This document shows, piece by piece, positions 36,430-49,268 of a stretch of DNA of 64,000 nucleotides. The stretch covers positions 35,214,492 through 35,278,491 of the forward strand of contig NC_058133.1 in the NCBI RefSeq assembly GCF_016433145.1, read 5' to 3'. Under the pieces are notes generated by a model that was not told where the DNA came from, did not search any database, and saw only the letters and a program-made list of their open reading frames with translations. Position 1 is the stretch's first letter, and every line of letters starts with the position of its first letter. This stretch comes from Gracilinanus agilis. Its lineage: Eukaryota. The position numbers and the translations under genes were made by a program.

Positions 36430-36730
36430 TTCCTCAACTAAACTAACACTATTTGCAGATGATATGACAGTATACTTAAAGAATCCTAGAGAAATAATCA
36501 ATAACCTTAGCAAAGTGACAGGATCTGAAATAAACCCACATAAATCTTCAGCATTTCTATATGTTTCCAACAAAGTCCAGCAGCAAGAGAAAGAAAGAGA
36601 AATTCCATTTAAAACCATTCTAGACAATATTAAATACTTGGGGATCTATTTGCCAAGCCAAACACAGGAATTATACTAACACCATTACAAAACACTTTTC
36701 ACACAAATAAAGTTAGATCTAAACAATTGA
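36430..36730 (+). mobile_element. L1 ORF2 RT fragment
   Basis: Reads LFADDMTVYLKNPRE...INPHKSSAFLY...IKYLGIYL. Confidence 0.92.
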
Positions 36731-37215
36731 AACTTATCACCCACAATCAGCATGACCTCCCCTCCCCTGCCTTCCTTAGACCCCAGGTCATTTCCCTTGC
36801 TTTGGCTTTATTTTCCTCCCTTCCAATCTTGATTTTGGAGCTGACTAGTTTGTTTTCACATTGTCCTCTCTCCTTACATCTTTTGTCCTATCAGTTCTTA
36901 TGAGAGATTAGGAAGTCACCCAATTGTGCCTACTAGATCCACTATCAATCTGTTAGCTAACTTACTTGGGTCCTTACCTCAGTAAGGTAATCCTTTGATT
37001 CTTGCTATTAGTCCTCTCTCCACAAGGAATGTTCCCAACTTTCTCTTTACTTTCAGCCTTCACTTCTCAGCTGAGAACCTTGCCTCATACCTTTACTGAG
37101 AGAATTGAGACCATTCACCTTAAGCTACCTTTTCTTCCCTTCTCCTCATCTTACACTTTCCTGACAGAACTTTCTCACTTTCTGTTCCTTCACTCTTGTT
37201 TCTAAAGAAGGAACC

Positions 37216-37218
<3 letters not shown>

Positions 37219-37248
<30 letters not shown>
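37219..37248. repeat. (TC)n microsatellite
   Basis: Directly visible, at a SINE tail. Confidence 0.95.
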
Positions 37249-37252
<4 letters not shown>

Positions 37253-39589
37253 ACCCTTACCTTCCATCTTGGAATCAATACTGTGTATTGGTTCCAAGGC
37301 AGAAGAGTGGTAAGGGCTAGGGATGGGGGTTAAGTGACTTGTCCAGGGTCAAACAGCTAGGAAGTATCTGAGGCCAGATTTGAACCCAGGACCTCCTATC
37401 TCTAGGCCTGGCTCTCAATCCACTGAGCCACTCAGCTGCCCTCAGAAGGAACCCTTTTCAGCTATAAAACTGCATACATTTTGACCTAGCTATAGTGCCA
37501 CTAAGTCTGTAACTCAAGAGATCAGAGGAAAAGGAAAAGGACTCACAAGTACAAAAATATTTATAGCTACTTCTCTTGTGGAAATTGAAAGGATGCCCAT
37601 CAATTGGGGAATGGCTGAACAAGTTGTAGTATATAATTTTGATGGAATACTATTATCCTTTAAGAAATGATGAAGGAGATGGTTTCAGAAAAACCTAGGA
37701 AGACCTATATGAGTTGATGCGAAGTGAAATGAACAGAACCAAGAGAACACTGTATGTACATGACAACAGCAATATTATAAAGATAATTGACTGCAAAAGA
37801 CTTAGCTCTAATCAATACGATGATCCAAACAAAGGATTCACAATGAACAATGCTCTCTATCTCTAGAGAGAGAACCAATAAACTCTGAAATCAAATGAAA
37901 GCACTGAAAATCTTTTATTTTATTGCTTTTTTTGGCCACACAATGTGTGAAAATGTTTTGTATGACTTCATATATATAATGGATATCTTTTTTTCTGCCT
38001 TCTTAATGGGTATGGGAAGAAAAAAAATAGCCCTTCTCGCCAAGGAGGGCCCCTCTACAAGTACAGGAGTTCCTATTCTATTCCATCTTCTCCAATAGAT
38101 CAGCCCCCACTACCTTGCCCTACCTCTCTCTAATCTTCAATCTCTTCCTGTTTTTCCTTGCTACCTACAAACACACTCATATCTCCCCTAATTTGAAAAA
38201 AACAACAACCCAACAAACTTACTTGACCCTACCATCCCTATCTCTCCTCCCTTTCACAAAGTCCTAGAAAAAGCTATCTACACTTGTGGTCTCTTCCTTT
38301 TCTCTCCCTCACTTCTCAACTCTGCTTCCAACTTCCAACCCAAACTGCTCTCTTCAAAGCTACCAGTCCCTCTTCATCCTTCTTGAGTTCTCTGTAGCCT
38401 CTGACACATTGATAACCTCTTCCTCTCCCCTCTCTAGATTCTTGAGACACTGCCCTCTCCTTGTTTGTCTTCTACATGAGTGACCATTCCTTCTCAGCCT
38501 CTTGAGCTGGGTTTTCATTCTCCTTCATACTCCTTCACTGTGGACATCCCCCAAGGCTCCGTCCTGGGTCCTTGTTTCTTTCTCCAGTTTTATTTGTGAC
38601 TCTCATAAGATCAATTATCATCTCCAGGCAGATGACTACCAGATCTATACATCCAGCTCTCCTGAATTTCAGTCTCACACCATTAAACCAGAGAGGTCAT
38701 TAAATAGGGAACTCCTTGAGGTTGGAATAGCCTTTTACCTTTCTTTGTAACCCCAAAACTTAGCACAATGCCTGGAATGGAGAAGTGGCTTAATAAAGGT
38801 TTTTTGACTGGCTGTCTTGAAGAATAACAGCCAGAATGAGGAAAAGCTTGGAATCTATGGCATAGGATGCTGGACTGAAAGAACCCAGAGTGTTTTGCCT
38901 AGAGTAGGTTTAGGGAAGGCTGGAGAGCTATCTTTAGGGATCTGAAGGATTCTCAAGGGAAGGAGGGATGGGGGCAGAATCAGGAGCACATGGGGGGAAG
39001 TTGAAAAGAGGCCAAATGAAGCTGAATGCTCACTGATAGCTATTCCAGAGTGGAAGAGGCTGATGGTAAGCTTCTGACCCTCAGAAGGCTCCCAGCAGAG
39101 AGGAGACAACATTTGGCCCAGGATCTAGCTGAAAAGGCCTGACTACGGCTCCTGAGGATGGAATCCTTGAACCCTGAGGGTGTGAGAGGCTATGATGGGG
39201 AGGTGTGTACTTTTAGCTGTTCAGTCTTGTCCTTTTACCTCCATGGACCCTAAACATATGCTACTCCTCATCTCCCCTCAGTGCAGTTCTGGGAGGTGGC
39301 CAGGGCAGATCACCTTTAGTCATCTTTATTTGATAAGAGGAGAAATGGAGGCCCAAGGAGGGTCAATGACTTGTCCAGCAGAGGTGGGGGTGGGGGTGGG
39401 GAGGCATACCCAGGGCTCCTTCCTGTGGGAATCTCAGGGATTTCAGGAAGGTACAGGCTGAGGACTGACCTGCAGGCAGAGGTGGGGTCCATAGGGTCCA
39501 AGGACTGAGAAGGCTGGGCGGCAAGGAGGGGAGGTGTTGAACTGAGCCCGGAAGGAAGCCTAAACCCTGAAGAAAATCCAGATGGAAGA

Positions 39590-39790
39590 TTACCTGCCTT
39601 CACTGAGTCTCAGGTGAGCTGGGAAGGAGGCAGGGCAAGCAGCAGGTGGCCCTTCCTGTCCCTGAGCCTTCCCTGGATTGGCTGCAGCTGGTCTGCCTGC
39701 CCGCCTCCAGGCCTCCCCCCCCCCCCCCCTGCGGGACCTGGGCAGGGACATTCCCCAGTTGGGTAGGGCGGGGGCCTTGCTGGAAACTGA
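39590..39790 (-). promoter_or_regulatory. Candidate TMEM125 promoter and short non-coding exon 1
   Basis: On the minus strand, in order: GC boxes (39766-39771, 39699-39705), CCAAT (39677-39681), ACAGGAAG (39652-39659), then donor CAG|GTAATC at 39593. Confidence 0.55.
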
Positions 39791-40439
39791 ATCTCTTCAA
39801 TTCAGGGCCACCCTGCCCTGGGAGAAGAAGGAAAAGAGAGAAGAAGAGGTGCGGGCTAGGAGGGGAGGAGGAATGCTGCCTGTCCACCCTGATCCTCTGG
39901 TTCCCCTAATTTCCCAAAGCCCCAAGAACACTGAACCCTCTTGATACACCCTACAACTCCCTACCTGTCCCCATCACATACTTTCTACCCAGTTGCTACA
40001 CCCACTGATCCTGTAGAGCCTTCTTGATATACTCTTGGCCCTCTGACTGCCCCCCAAATCCCACTTCCCCAGGCTTATCCACGCTTGCCTCTACTGACCC
40101 AGCAGGATGCTCCTACTTTGGCCTCAGGTGCTCTAAGTGCTCCCACCTCCACGGTTCCAGGTTCCCTCACTGCCTGCCCTGATATGCCTCGAAGCCCTGG
40201 TGCCCAGAATGGTTCCTGAGCCCCTAGATCTCTCATTGCTCCCAGTGGGGCTCTGGCTGTCTTCTGGGCCTCATCCCTTCAGGATGTTTAAAGCTGATGT
40301 CTGGGGACTGGGGAGTATGTAGGTCTCATGGGGAGCTCAGCCCAATAGGATAGTTTGAGTCTTGCTCTATCTGATAGGTCCTGATGGAAGGGGGTCTGCA
40401 TTCTGCCGAGCCTTGTTGAGCCTATCCCTGCTTAGTCTC

Positions 40440-42850
40440 AGTTCCAACCTCCCTCCAGTGAACATTTATTAATTCCCAAAGTCCGTATCCTCATGGAGTT
40501 TACATTCAACTGAGGAATATGACCTGTATACAGACAAGTCCTTACCTGATGATTTAGTGGGAGCACCTGAGACAAGCCAGGGATTCAAGGAAGTCAGACA
40601 TTCTAAGAAACAGACTGGAGGAACAGCCTGGGCAAAGGCACAGTGCTGGTAGATGAAGTGTTGTGTACAGGGAACAAGCAAGGCCAATTTAGCTGAACTG
40701 ACAAGTGTGTGAGGAAGACTCATGGGTCATAAAGTGAGAAATGTTGGTTGGATGCAGGTTGTGAAGATGACAGGGGCTGAAGGTCGAGAGACCAACCTTA
40801 TGGCTATGTGAGTGAAGAGGAGTCAGAGAAATGTGGAGAGATGACAAGATATAGCAAATCTCTGGAAATATGGGGTGAGAGGGAGAATGAGGAACCAATA
40901 ACGAGGAGGTTGTGAGCCTGAGTGACCAGAAGGATGATGGTGATCTGGGCAGAACATGGCAGGGATGGAGGGCAGGGAATATGACAAGTTTTGTTTTGGT
41001 CATGTTGAGTTTGAACAAATTGTTCTCCTCCACCCATTCTGTTGGTGGGGTCTTTACATGCTTCGGGTAGATATATCCTAACTAACTTATGGGTTTGAGT
41101 TCTGTTAGTTACCCTCAACGTGGTTCAGCAAATCAAGACATGACCTGGTGATGCCACTGGTCCTCTTTGAAAATGAAGGATGAACAATACCATCAACAAA
41201 AAACTAGGAAGTGTCTAAGAGTAGATATACACTCAGGTCTTCCTAACAAGTCCAGTTCTCCCTACTGTAGCCCTCAGCTGCCTCTAGAATTCTCCCCACC
41301 CACACCCTCTATCCTCCTATCTTTCAGGCTCTTCCTCTTTGAGTTTTACATCTTTCACTATTTCCCTTGGTTTTTGGTCTTCCAGTCTTCTTCCTCAATC
41401 TGTACCTCTGTTCATCCCTTTCTTTGCTAAGCACTGGGGATACATAGAAAGGTAAAAACACATTCCTTGCCCTCAGGTAGCTTACAGTCTACTCACGATG
41501 TAGATATTCAGTAGAAAGTGTGAGCCTAGAGCTGGAGAGAAGAGGGCTGGGATCATAGTTTATTTGTATAGAGATCGCTGAAGCCATGGGAACTGGAGAC
41601 ATCACCAAGTGAGAGTAAAGAGAAGAGGGCCAAGGGCAGAGCCCTGTGGGCCACCTATAGGGGGTGATGGGGGGATGAGCTAGGGAAAGTGACAGATTTC
41701 TGACAGGAGACCCAGGGGAGAACAATGTGATGAAAGCTGAGGGAGGAGGGTGCGGGAGGAGGCTAACAGCAAACAGTATAAAAAACTGGAGGTGGCAAGC
41801 TAAATGAAGACCGAGGAAATGTCATTGATTGAGACATTGAGAAATGTCATTGGTTGAGATCTTTTGATGATCTTGGAGAGAGCATTTCTGTGAAGTGGTA
41901 GAGTTGGAAGCCCAGCTGGAGGGATTTGATAAATGAGTTGGAGGCAATGGACACCAAAGTGTAGACAAAGCTTCCTGGGGGTTTGGCTGTGAAAGGGAGG
42001 AGAGATGATGCCATTAGACCTGACCCTGAATCCCAGCCCTGCCACTATCAGTGGAACCATAGGCAAATCAAAATCTCTCTGGCCTCAGTTTTCTTCTCTG
42101 TAAAAATGAGAGGTTGGCGACCACCATATTATTTATAATTTTCATATAATTTAGTCAACCATTAAAATTGAATTCTTACGACACATAGTGCTTAATGCTT
42201 TTTCATTCATTCATCCTATGATAAGATAGAGGGTGTCAGGGGGACACTAGGATCAAGGGAAGGTTTATTTTTTAAGAACGGGGGAGATCTGGGCATGTTA
42301 ATGGGTATCCGAGAAGAGCCAATAGAGAAGGAGAGTTTGAAGATGAGAGAATTGGATCAGGTGCAGTATAGGTGGAAGGCCTGGCCCTGGAGAGGAGAAG
42401 GAACTTGTGGTGAGTGGCCTCGATTTTTAGAGGTTCTCTGTTGGGATATGGGGCTGGAGGAGAGAGGAGGTTTGGAACAGCTACTGTGGAGAGGGCAATT
42501 AAAAAGTCAATCAGAGGAGAATTAAAGGCTTCTGGGCAGTGGGGAGGACCCAGCTGAGATTTAATGACCCATTTGTCATGCATCCAGTCATCAAGGTCAC
42601 ATATCTTTCTCCAGGAGTGTGTGGCAGGAAATGTAGACGGGGAAAAGAGGAAGTAACTAAGGGCTGGGGCTTGGCAAGGAGGATTTGGGCCTGAAGGGTT
42701 CAAGGGGAGCTGATGAGGTAGAGTTGAATAGGCCGGAATACATGAAAGAATGAACAGAGGAAGAGTAAGACCAAATGACCCAAAACCAAGGGAAAGAATG
42801 AACAATACAAAATTCCCAGGGAGTCAGAGAAGAGACTGAAAGATAGGAGG
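40440..42850 (-). mobile_element. L2 LINE fragments (with MIR and other inserts)
   Basis: Reverse L2 tail (aacatttattaa) at ~40465; L2-type peptide DWMHDKWVIKSQLGP at ~42560. Boundaries approximate. Confidence 0.7.
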
Positions 42851-44387
42851 TGGGTGGACAGCTGGGTACCACAGTGGGTAAAACTGGGCTTGTGGTTAGA
42901 AGACTTGAATTTGAATTCAGTCTCAGCCACATTCTAGCTTTGTGACCTTGGCTAAGTCTAACTTCTGTTGACATAAGTTTCACTTGTCAAAAAAAAAAAA
43001 AATGGGGATAATAATAGCATCTGTCTCTCGAGGCTGTTTCGAGGCTCAAATGTGATAACCAAGTGCTTTGCAAATCTTCAAGTTCCATTCAAATGCTATT
43101 GTTATTGTTGTTGCTATTGTAGCCGACTAGAGCAAAGAGACGGTCTGGGAGAGACTTCTTCTGGTCCAGGGTATGAGAGGAGCATCCCGGACTCAAGACG
43201 GTGCCTAGGGATGTGGGGTCTCTCCTGTGAGAAGTGGGGGGGAGGAGCATGGAGGGAGCCTTAGTCTGTCTTCCTGGAAGTTCGGGGTGCCAACGCCCTG
43301 GAGTCGTCTTCACTCATACCTTGTTAACCTTCTTAGCACCGCAGCTGCTGGGCAGTGACGCCCGTCTTTGCCTCCTCTCACTCATTTCCCAGAAGCTGCC
43401 CGCTCTCCTCAGCAGGTCATCTCTCCCCTTGGGTTTTCCTTATCCAGTCCTTGTCACCCGGGCTGTGTCCCCCCTCCCCAAGAGACTGGGAGCCCCTGGA
43501 GGGCAGGGAGCCCTTGGCTTCTTGTCTTTTTCTCTTCAGAACTAACCATGCCCACAGTAGGCATCCAGGAAATGTGGGAGCCTTTTGCAGACGCTGTAAA
43601 GAGGCGTCTTTGGGCTGGATGGTACATGTGTCTTTCTGCCAATGAGTCATCCCTCTGAAGAACGGGCTCCCTGGAGAGATGTGGTGTTCCCTTCCTTGGA
43701 AGTTTCCCTGGGCTCATACATAGGCCTAGAGCTGGGAGGGACCTTGGAGGTCCTTGAGCTCTTCTCCCCCTCTCCCTGCCCCTATGGGAGCTCAGACAAG
43801 TCAAAGTGGATGGCCCAAGACCAAGTGGGCAAGGATTCAATCCAACCCAGGTCCTCTGACCCCAAATTCTCCCACACTGATGGCTGCCAACGGGTCAAAG
43901 GCAATAAAGAGGGGCTTTGTGTTTGCATATGGGTTTGTCTGGATGCCTCAGAGGGTCCTTTTACATCTGAGATTCTGTGACTCTCTTACTGTGCCTGGAT
44001 GGGTATCCCAACCCTTGCCCCATTCTCATGAAACATCCTGTCTCCTAAATGGGTTCTAGAGGTAACAGGGGATCCAGGAATCGGGACCAGATTCTAGTCT
44101 TGGCCCCATCCCTTCCTGGGAGAGTGAGTGACCTCGCCACCATCACGACCTCTCCGAGCCCAAGACCAGAGACGGTCAGAAGTGAAGAGGACCTTGTGCT
44201 TCGAGCAGCAATCCGGTTTTTTCTTTTTAAGCCCTTCCTCTCTGTATTAGTAACAACATTTACTATGTTGCAGGGGCACAAAGAAAGGGGCACAACAGGC
44301 AAAGGCTAAGTCTGAGCCAGATACAGGCAAATGGGAGGTAATTTAGGGGCAAAGTGCAAAGGTGTGTGTTGGGGGACAGGAAAGACT

Positions 44388-44585
44388 TTTTTTTTTTTTT
44401 AATTTTTTTAAACCCTTAACTTCTGTGTATTGACTTATAGGTGGAAGATTGGTAAGGGTGGGCAATGGGGGTCAAGTGACTTGCCCAGGGTCACACAGCT
44501 GGGAAGTGTCTGAGGCCGGATTTGAACCTAGGACATCCTGTCTTTAGGCCTGGCTCTCAATCCACTGAGCTACCCAGCTGCCCCA
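44388..44585 (-). mobile_element. Young SINE1_Mdo-like SINE
   Basis: Long T-tail at left; intact head (cagctgcccc) at right. Confidence 0.92.
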
Positions 44586-44703
44586 TGAGTCTTGAGGATG
44601 GGAAAGCCAAAAGATGGAGGTAAGGAGGTAAAGCATTCCTGGTGGGAAGGGAGATGGTGAGTGCTGAGGCTCAGGCCTGGCTCTATTAAAAAATGTACAT
44701 AAG

Positions 44704-44895
44704 GAGGCAGCTGGGTGACTCAGTGGATCGAGCCAGCCCTAGAAATTGGAGGTCCTGGGTTCAAATCTGGTCTCAGACACTTCCTAGCTATATGATACTG
44801 GGCAAGTCACTAACTCCCAACTGCCTAGCTCTTGCTGCCCTTCTATTTTAGAATTGATACTAAGACAGAAAAGGCTTTTTTTGTTTGTTTTTTTA
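44704..44895 (+). mobile_element. CORE-SINE, head-to-head with the previous copy
   Basis: gaggcagctgggtgactcagtgg head, core, tail. Confidence 0.88.
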
Positions 44896-45196
44896 AAGGC
44901 ACAGCTAGGAGCTGGAGCCCCCTGGGTAGGGTGGGTGAGGGGCTGGCACGATTCAATTTTGACAAACAAGAAAAAAACATTTGATGAGACGACTTCCTTT
45001 TTCCTCGTTTGCCTGAATTTACTGGCAGCGAAACCAGTAGGGGAAGTAAGGAGGCAGGTGGTGCCTGGCTGTACAGGGGATGAGGAGCGCGCAAGGCCCT
45101 GGGGCCCAGCAAGAAAGGGTAGCGACAAGCCATGGGAACCCCCCGGGCCTCCTGCCCAACAACTGAGGCTTCGAAGGCCAAGGGCAGGCATCTTTC

Positions 45197-45202
45197 TTTA
45201 TT
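45197..45202 (-). terminator. CFAP57 polyA signal AATAAA
   Basis: tttatt on the + strand, ~150 nt after the stop. Confidence 0.75.
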
Positions 45203-45350
45203 CCTCGGCTCCCCTCTCCCCTGCCTTCCACAGGACCCAGGACTCAGGGCAGCGGCGGAGCGGGCCCATATCCCGCGGGGCCAGGGAGGGCAGAGGCCTC
45301 CCCGTGGCGGGCCTCAGCTAGCTCCAGAGTCGTCTCCCCGGACGGGAGGC

Positions 45351-45556
45351 TCAGTTGCTGCTCTCCAGATCCTTCTCGCTGTCCAAGGAGGGCAGCCTCC
45401 CGGGGGGGTGCAGCCCCATGATCATCTCCTGTTCCAGGATGTGGTCTCGGAGGCGCCGGATCTCCAGGCGCTGCATCTCTATGATTCTCTCCGTCTCTTC
45501 TTCCTCGTGCAGTCTCAAGATCCCCGTCGTGACGGGCTTCTCCGCGGTGGTTACCG
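45351..45556 (-). CDS. CFAP57: CFAP57 last coding exon
   Basis: ttgccttctAG acceptor, phase 1. Reads [44 protein letters not shown]...[15 protein letters not shown]. Confidence 0.93.
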
Positions 45557-45959
45557 CTAGAAGGCAAAGAGGCGGGAGAGACGGGGCTCCACGAGCCACC
45601 CTCGGGCCTAGCCGAGCCAGTGCTCCGATAACCCCACACAGGAGGCCCGGGGACCCGGCCCAGGGGACGCAGCTATGCGGGCCAGGCCCGAACCTCAGGC
45701 ACGTTTAGGGGGGAGCCCTGAAATCACACGCACGAATGAGGCTGGGGGGGGGTCTAGAACGTGAGAGCCCTCGACAAAAGCGAGGGAGCTCCCAGGCTGG
45801 GCACCCCAGACACGAGACCCAGAGGCCCAGGACGTGAGGCAAAGGCACAAGGCCGGGGAAGGAGGCGAGGACATCCAGAAGAGCAGAACCGGGGATGGGA
45901 TGGAGGCTCTAGAATATCAAACAAAGGGCTCCATCTGGGGATCCAGACCAAGACAGGGG

Positions 45960-46105
45960 NNNNNNNNNNNNNNNNNNNNNNNNNNNNNNNNNNNNNNNNN
46001 NNNNNNNNNNNNNNNNNNNNNNNNNNNNNNNNNNNNNNNNNNNNNNNNNNNNNNNNNNNNNNNNNNNNNNNNNNNNNNNNNNNNNNNNNNNNNNNNNNNN
46101 NNNNA
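45960..46105. other. Assembly gap (146 N) in the last CFAP57 intron
   Basis: N run. The flanking exons join in frame, so no exon needs to be hidden here. Confidence 0.99.
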
Positions 46106-46223
46106 ACGCAGGGGCCTTTCCCCATTTCCTGCCTGGCTCAGCCTCCTGACGGGGATCCGGGGTGGAAGGGCCCTCTCGGGACCTCTGCTGGGCCGGGCCG
46201 AGGCTCCTCTGGCTCAGGCTCAC

Positions 46224-46356
46224 CTGCTTCGGGCGTCTCCTGGTGTCGAAGCTTCTTGGTGAGTCTCAGGGCCGACTCGAGGTCGTGCACCTGCGTGCGG
46301 GTGATCTTTAGCTCCCTGCGCAGCTCGTTGATCTCCTTGATCAAGCTCACGTTTTC
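46224..46356 (-). CDS. CFAP57: CFAP57 exon (133 nt)
   Basis: Reads [44 protein letters not shown]+G. GTgagc donor. Confidence 0.96.
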
Positions 46357-46582
46357 CTGCACAAGAGAAGGCGGCCACCCTTGCCAGCCCCTTCGGGACA
46401 GCGGGATCCCCCAGGAGGGGGACTTCAGGCTGACTCTTCCCTTGGAGAGGGGCAGGAGACGAGGGCCGTCTCGGCCCGGGGCGGCGGGGGGCAGCTCTCC
46501 CTCTTCATCGCCCAGGGCCACCGATGCCAGGCGTTGGCGCCGGCCGGTTCAGAGCGGGGCCCTGTGCCCGGGCAGCGGGTAC

Positions 46583-46726
46583 CTGCATGATCCGGACGTT
46601 GTCGGAGCGGTGCAGCTCATTCTCCTTGAGCACCTTCTTCTTGAGCGTGGCCAGGTTCCTCTCCAGGTGCTCCCTCTGCCGGATGTACTCCTGCTGCAGG
46701 TCCGTGTCCACCCCCACGATCTCCAC
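46583..46726 (-). CDS. CFAP57: CFAP57 exon (144 nt)
   Basis: Reads [48 protein letters not shown]. Confidence 0.97.
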
Positions 46727-46815
46727 CTGCGAGGGGGGCAGCAGGGCAGGCCAGGTGGGTGGGGGGGCACCAGGCCGGTGGGGGCCGAGGAGGGGGCTCA
46801 TGGGGTCCCACTCAC

Positions 46816-46950
46816 CATGTCAGCCTGCTGGACGTACTTTTCAAAGAGGTTGCGGATCTTGTCCTTCAGCTGCCGGGGCTCCTGGATGAAGCCCACACAG
46901 TTGTGAAGGTCGATCTTAAACCGCTTGACCAGGGCTTCCATGTCCCGCTC
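46816..46950 (-). CDS. CFAP57: CFAP57 exon (135 nt)
   Basis: Reads [45 protein letters not shown]. Confidence 0.96.
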
Positions 46951-47257
46951 CTGAAAGGAGCCCCAACTCAGCGGCTGGCCGGGGCGAGCAGATGCCCCTA
47001 CCCTGGGCTCTGGCTGGGTCTGAGGACTCCCAATTCCCCTGCCTTTGCAGGGGCAGATGCGGCCTGGAGTCTGATGTCACAGGCACCCAAGGGTTGGGGA
47101 GCTCTGCTTCTGTGTCCCACCCAGCCCCCACCCTTCTCAGCGGGGAGTCAGGCAGTTGAGAGAGAGATCCTGCATCTGAGCCCTGCCGTGCCAGGACCAA
47201 CTTCTGCCTATCTCTAGGTCAGGACTCTGGCCCTCGGGGCTGGGCCTCGGCTGGTAC

Positions 47258-47374
47258 CTTCTGCCGCTCTCGGCGCATCTCCTGATCCGTAGCCCTGAGC
47301 TTCTGCCACAGCTCTGTGATGTTTAATTCCAGCTGGGTGTTCTGTTTGTGGAAGCGCTCTAACTCAGCCTCCAT
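47258..47374 (-). CDS. CFAP57: CFAP57 exon (117 nt)
   Basis: Reads [39 protein letters not shown]. ttttctgtAG acceptor. Confidence 0.96.
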
Positions 47375-47929
47375 CTACAGAAAATAAGAAGGAAGGCCTC
47401 CAGTGAAGTGGCACAAGCTAGGGGGCGTTTATTCAGCATCCCCTATTCTGAGTAAGAGAAATACAAAGACAAAAGCAAGAGTCTGTGCCCTTGAGGAGCC
47501 TACATGGGGCAAAGGGAACAGGGAACAGGGAAGAGAAATGTATTTAGAAAATTAAACCCAAAGCAATTTGCCTTGAAGCAGGAAAGGCTTCCTGGATGAG
47601 GTGATGCCTAAATGAAGCTTCGAAGGGGTTCTAAGAACCAGTAAGGAAGGAGGGCATTCCAGGCAGCTATCCCAGCTGCCTGGGTAAAGGCATGGAGATG
47701 GGAGATGGGGTGCTGCAGTGTGTACTACACAGCAAGCAGGCCAGCTGGTTGAAACACAGAAGGTGCAAAGGAGATGAAACGCCAGTCAGACACTTCCTAG
47801 CTAGGTGACAATGGGCAAGTCACTTAACCCCTGTTGTCTAGTCCTTACCACTCTTCTGCCTTGGAACCAATACACAGGATTGATTCTAAGATGGAAGGTA
47901 AGAAGAGAGAAAAAAAAGAATGAATGAGT

Positions 47930-48146
47930 CAAAGACCAAATCATAGAAACAATAATTTCATTATAGAATGGCAAACAAAGAGACAATATACTAAAATTTA
48001 TGGGATGCAGCCAAAGCTGAAATTTATATCTCTAATTGTTTAATTTAATAAAAGAGACAAAAGAACAGATCAATGAACTGGGAATACAACTAAAAAAACT
48101 AGAAAAAGGCCAAATAAAAAATCCCCAATACCAGATTGGAAATCTT
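47930..48146 (+). mobile_element. Older L1 ORF2 fragment (continues at 49269-49335)
   Basis: aatttatgggatgcagccaaag corresponds to L1 NLWDAAK. Confidence 0.8.
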
Positions 48147-49268
48147 TTTTTTTAATATTATCTTTTAATTAACTAAATTATATTAATGAAGAATAGTACT
48201 AACAAACAGGCTAACCCTATGAGTAGAAACCACTGGCTTATGCTACAATGGCCACCTCAGGAGAACCCTCAAGTATGGAGAAGTAAACAAGGTGTCTGCT
48301 CACTTCAACCTCCACCAAATAACTGACTCCAACCCTTCTCAACTGCCCCCTCACCCAAAGTTCTCCAGGGGGGTCCCCTGGAATTCTGGGTGAGGCTATC
48401 CCTGTACCTTTGCAGGGATTCCATGCTTTGCATCTCCACACAACAGTAAATCCTAAGAACATTTTTCCATGGTTACAGGATTCATGTTCTATCCCTCACC
48501 TCCTCCCATTCCCTCCTATAGCCGACGCACAATTCCACTGGGTTTTACATGTGTCATTGATCAAGACCTATTTCCATATTATTGATATTTACGCAAGGGT
48601 GCTCATTTTGAGTCAATATCCCTAATTATATCCCCATTCACCCATGGGATTAGGGAGTTGTTTTTCTTCTGTGTTTCTATCCCTATAGTTCTTCCTGAAT
48701 GTGGATAGAGTTCTTTCTTTCTCATAGGTCCCTCATAGTTGTCCTGGATCACTGCATTGTTGCAAGTAGAGAAGTCCATCACATTCAATTTTACCACAGT
48801 GTATCAGTCTCTGTGTATAATGTTCTCCTGGTTCTGCTCCTTTCACTCTGCATCAATTCCTGGAGGTCATTCCAGTTCACATGGAATTCCTCCAGTTAAT
48901 TATTCCTTTGAGCACAATAGTATTCCATCACCAACAGATACCACAATTTGTTCAGCCATTCCCCAACTGAAGGGCATACCCTTGTTTTCCAGTTTTTGGT
49001 TTTTTTTTTTTGCCACCACAAAGAGCACAGCATAAATATTTTTATACATATCTTTTCCCTTATGATCTCTTTGGGGTATAAACCCAGCAGTGCTATGGCT
49101 GGATCAAAGGGCAGGCAGGCAATCTTTTAGCACTCTTTGGGCATAGTTCCAAATTGCCATCCAGAATGGTTGGATCAATTCACAACGCCACCAGCAATGC
49201 ATTAATGTCCCAATTTTGCCACAAACCCTCCAATATTCATTAATCTCCCCTACTATTATTTTAGCCAT
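48147..49268 (-). mobile_element. 5'-truncated L1 (1.1 kb, ORF2 end + 3'UTR + polyA) with 14-bp TSD
   Basis: TSD AGATTGGAAATCTT at 48133-48146 and 49269-49282; T-run tail at left. Confidence 0.9.

Larger units (their letters stand above)
35890..38810 (+). mobile_element. Long L2 LINE with nested L1 pieces (36430-36730, 37450-38030) and a minus SINE (37245-37443)
   Basis: L2 endonuclease text (atagccattatctaccagctcc...ggcttcaatgtgcatattgat) at ~36090; L2 tail (ttagcacaatgcctgg...taataaaggtt) at ~38790. Confidence 0.75.

Noticed and set aside
46138-46223. In-frame read-through of the penultimate CFAP57 donor ([11 protein letters not shown]...)
   Set aside because: A strong GTGAGC donor and an orthologous last exon explain the structure; nothing suggests retention.
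45761-46906. 381-aa + strand ORF
   Set aside because: Antisense to GC-rich CFAP57 exons and artificially continued through 146 N.
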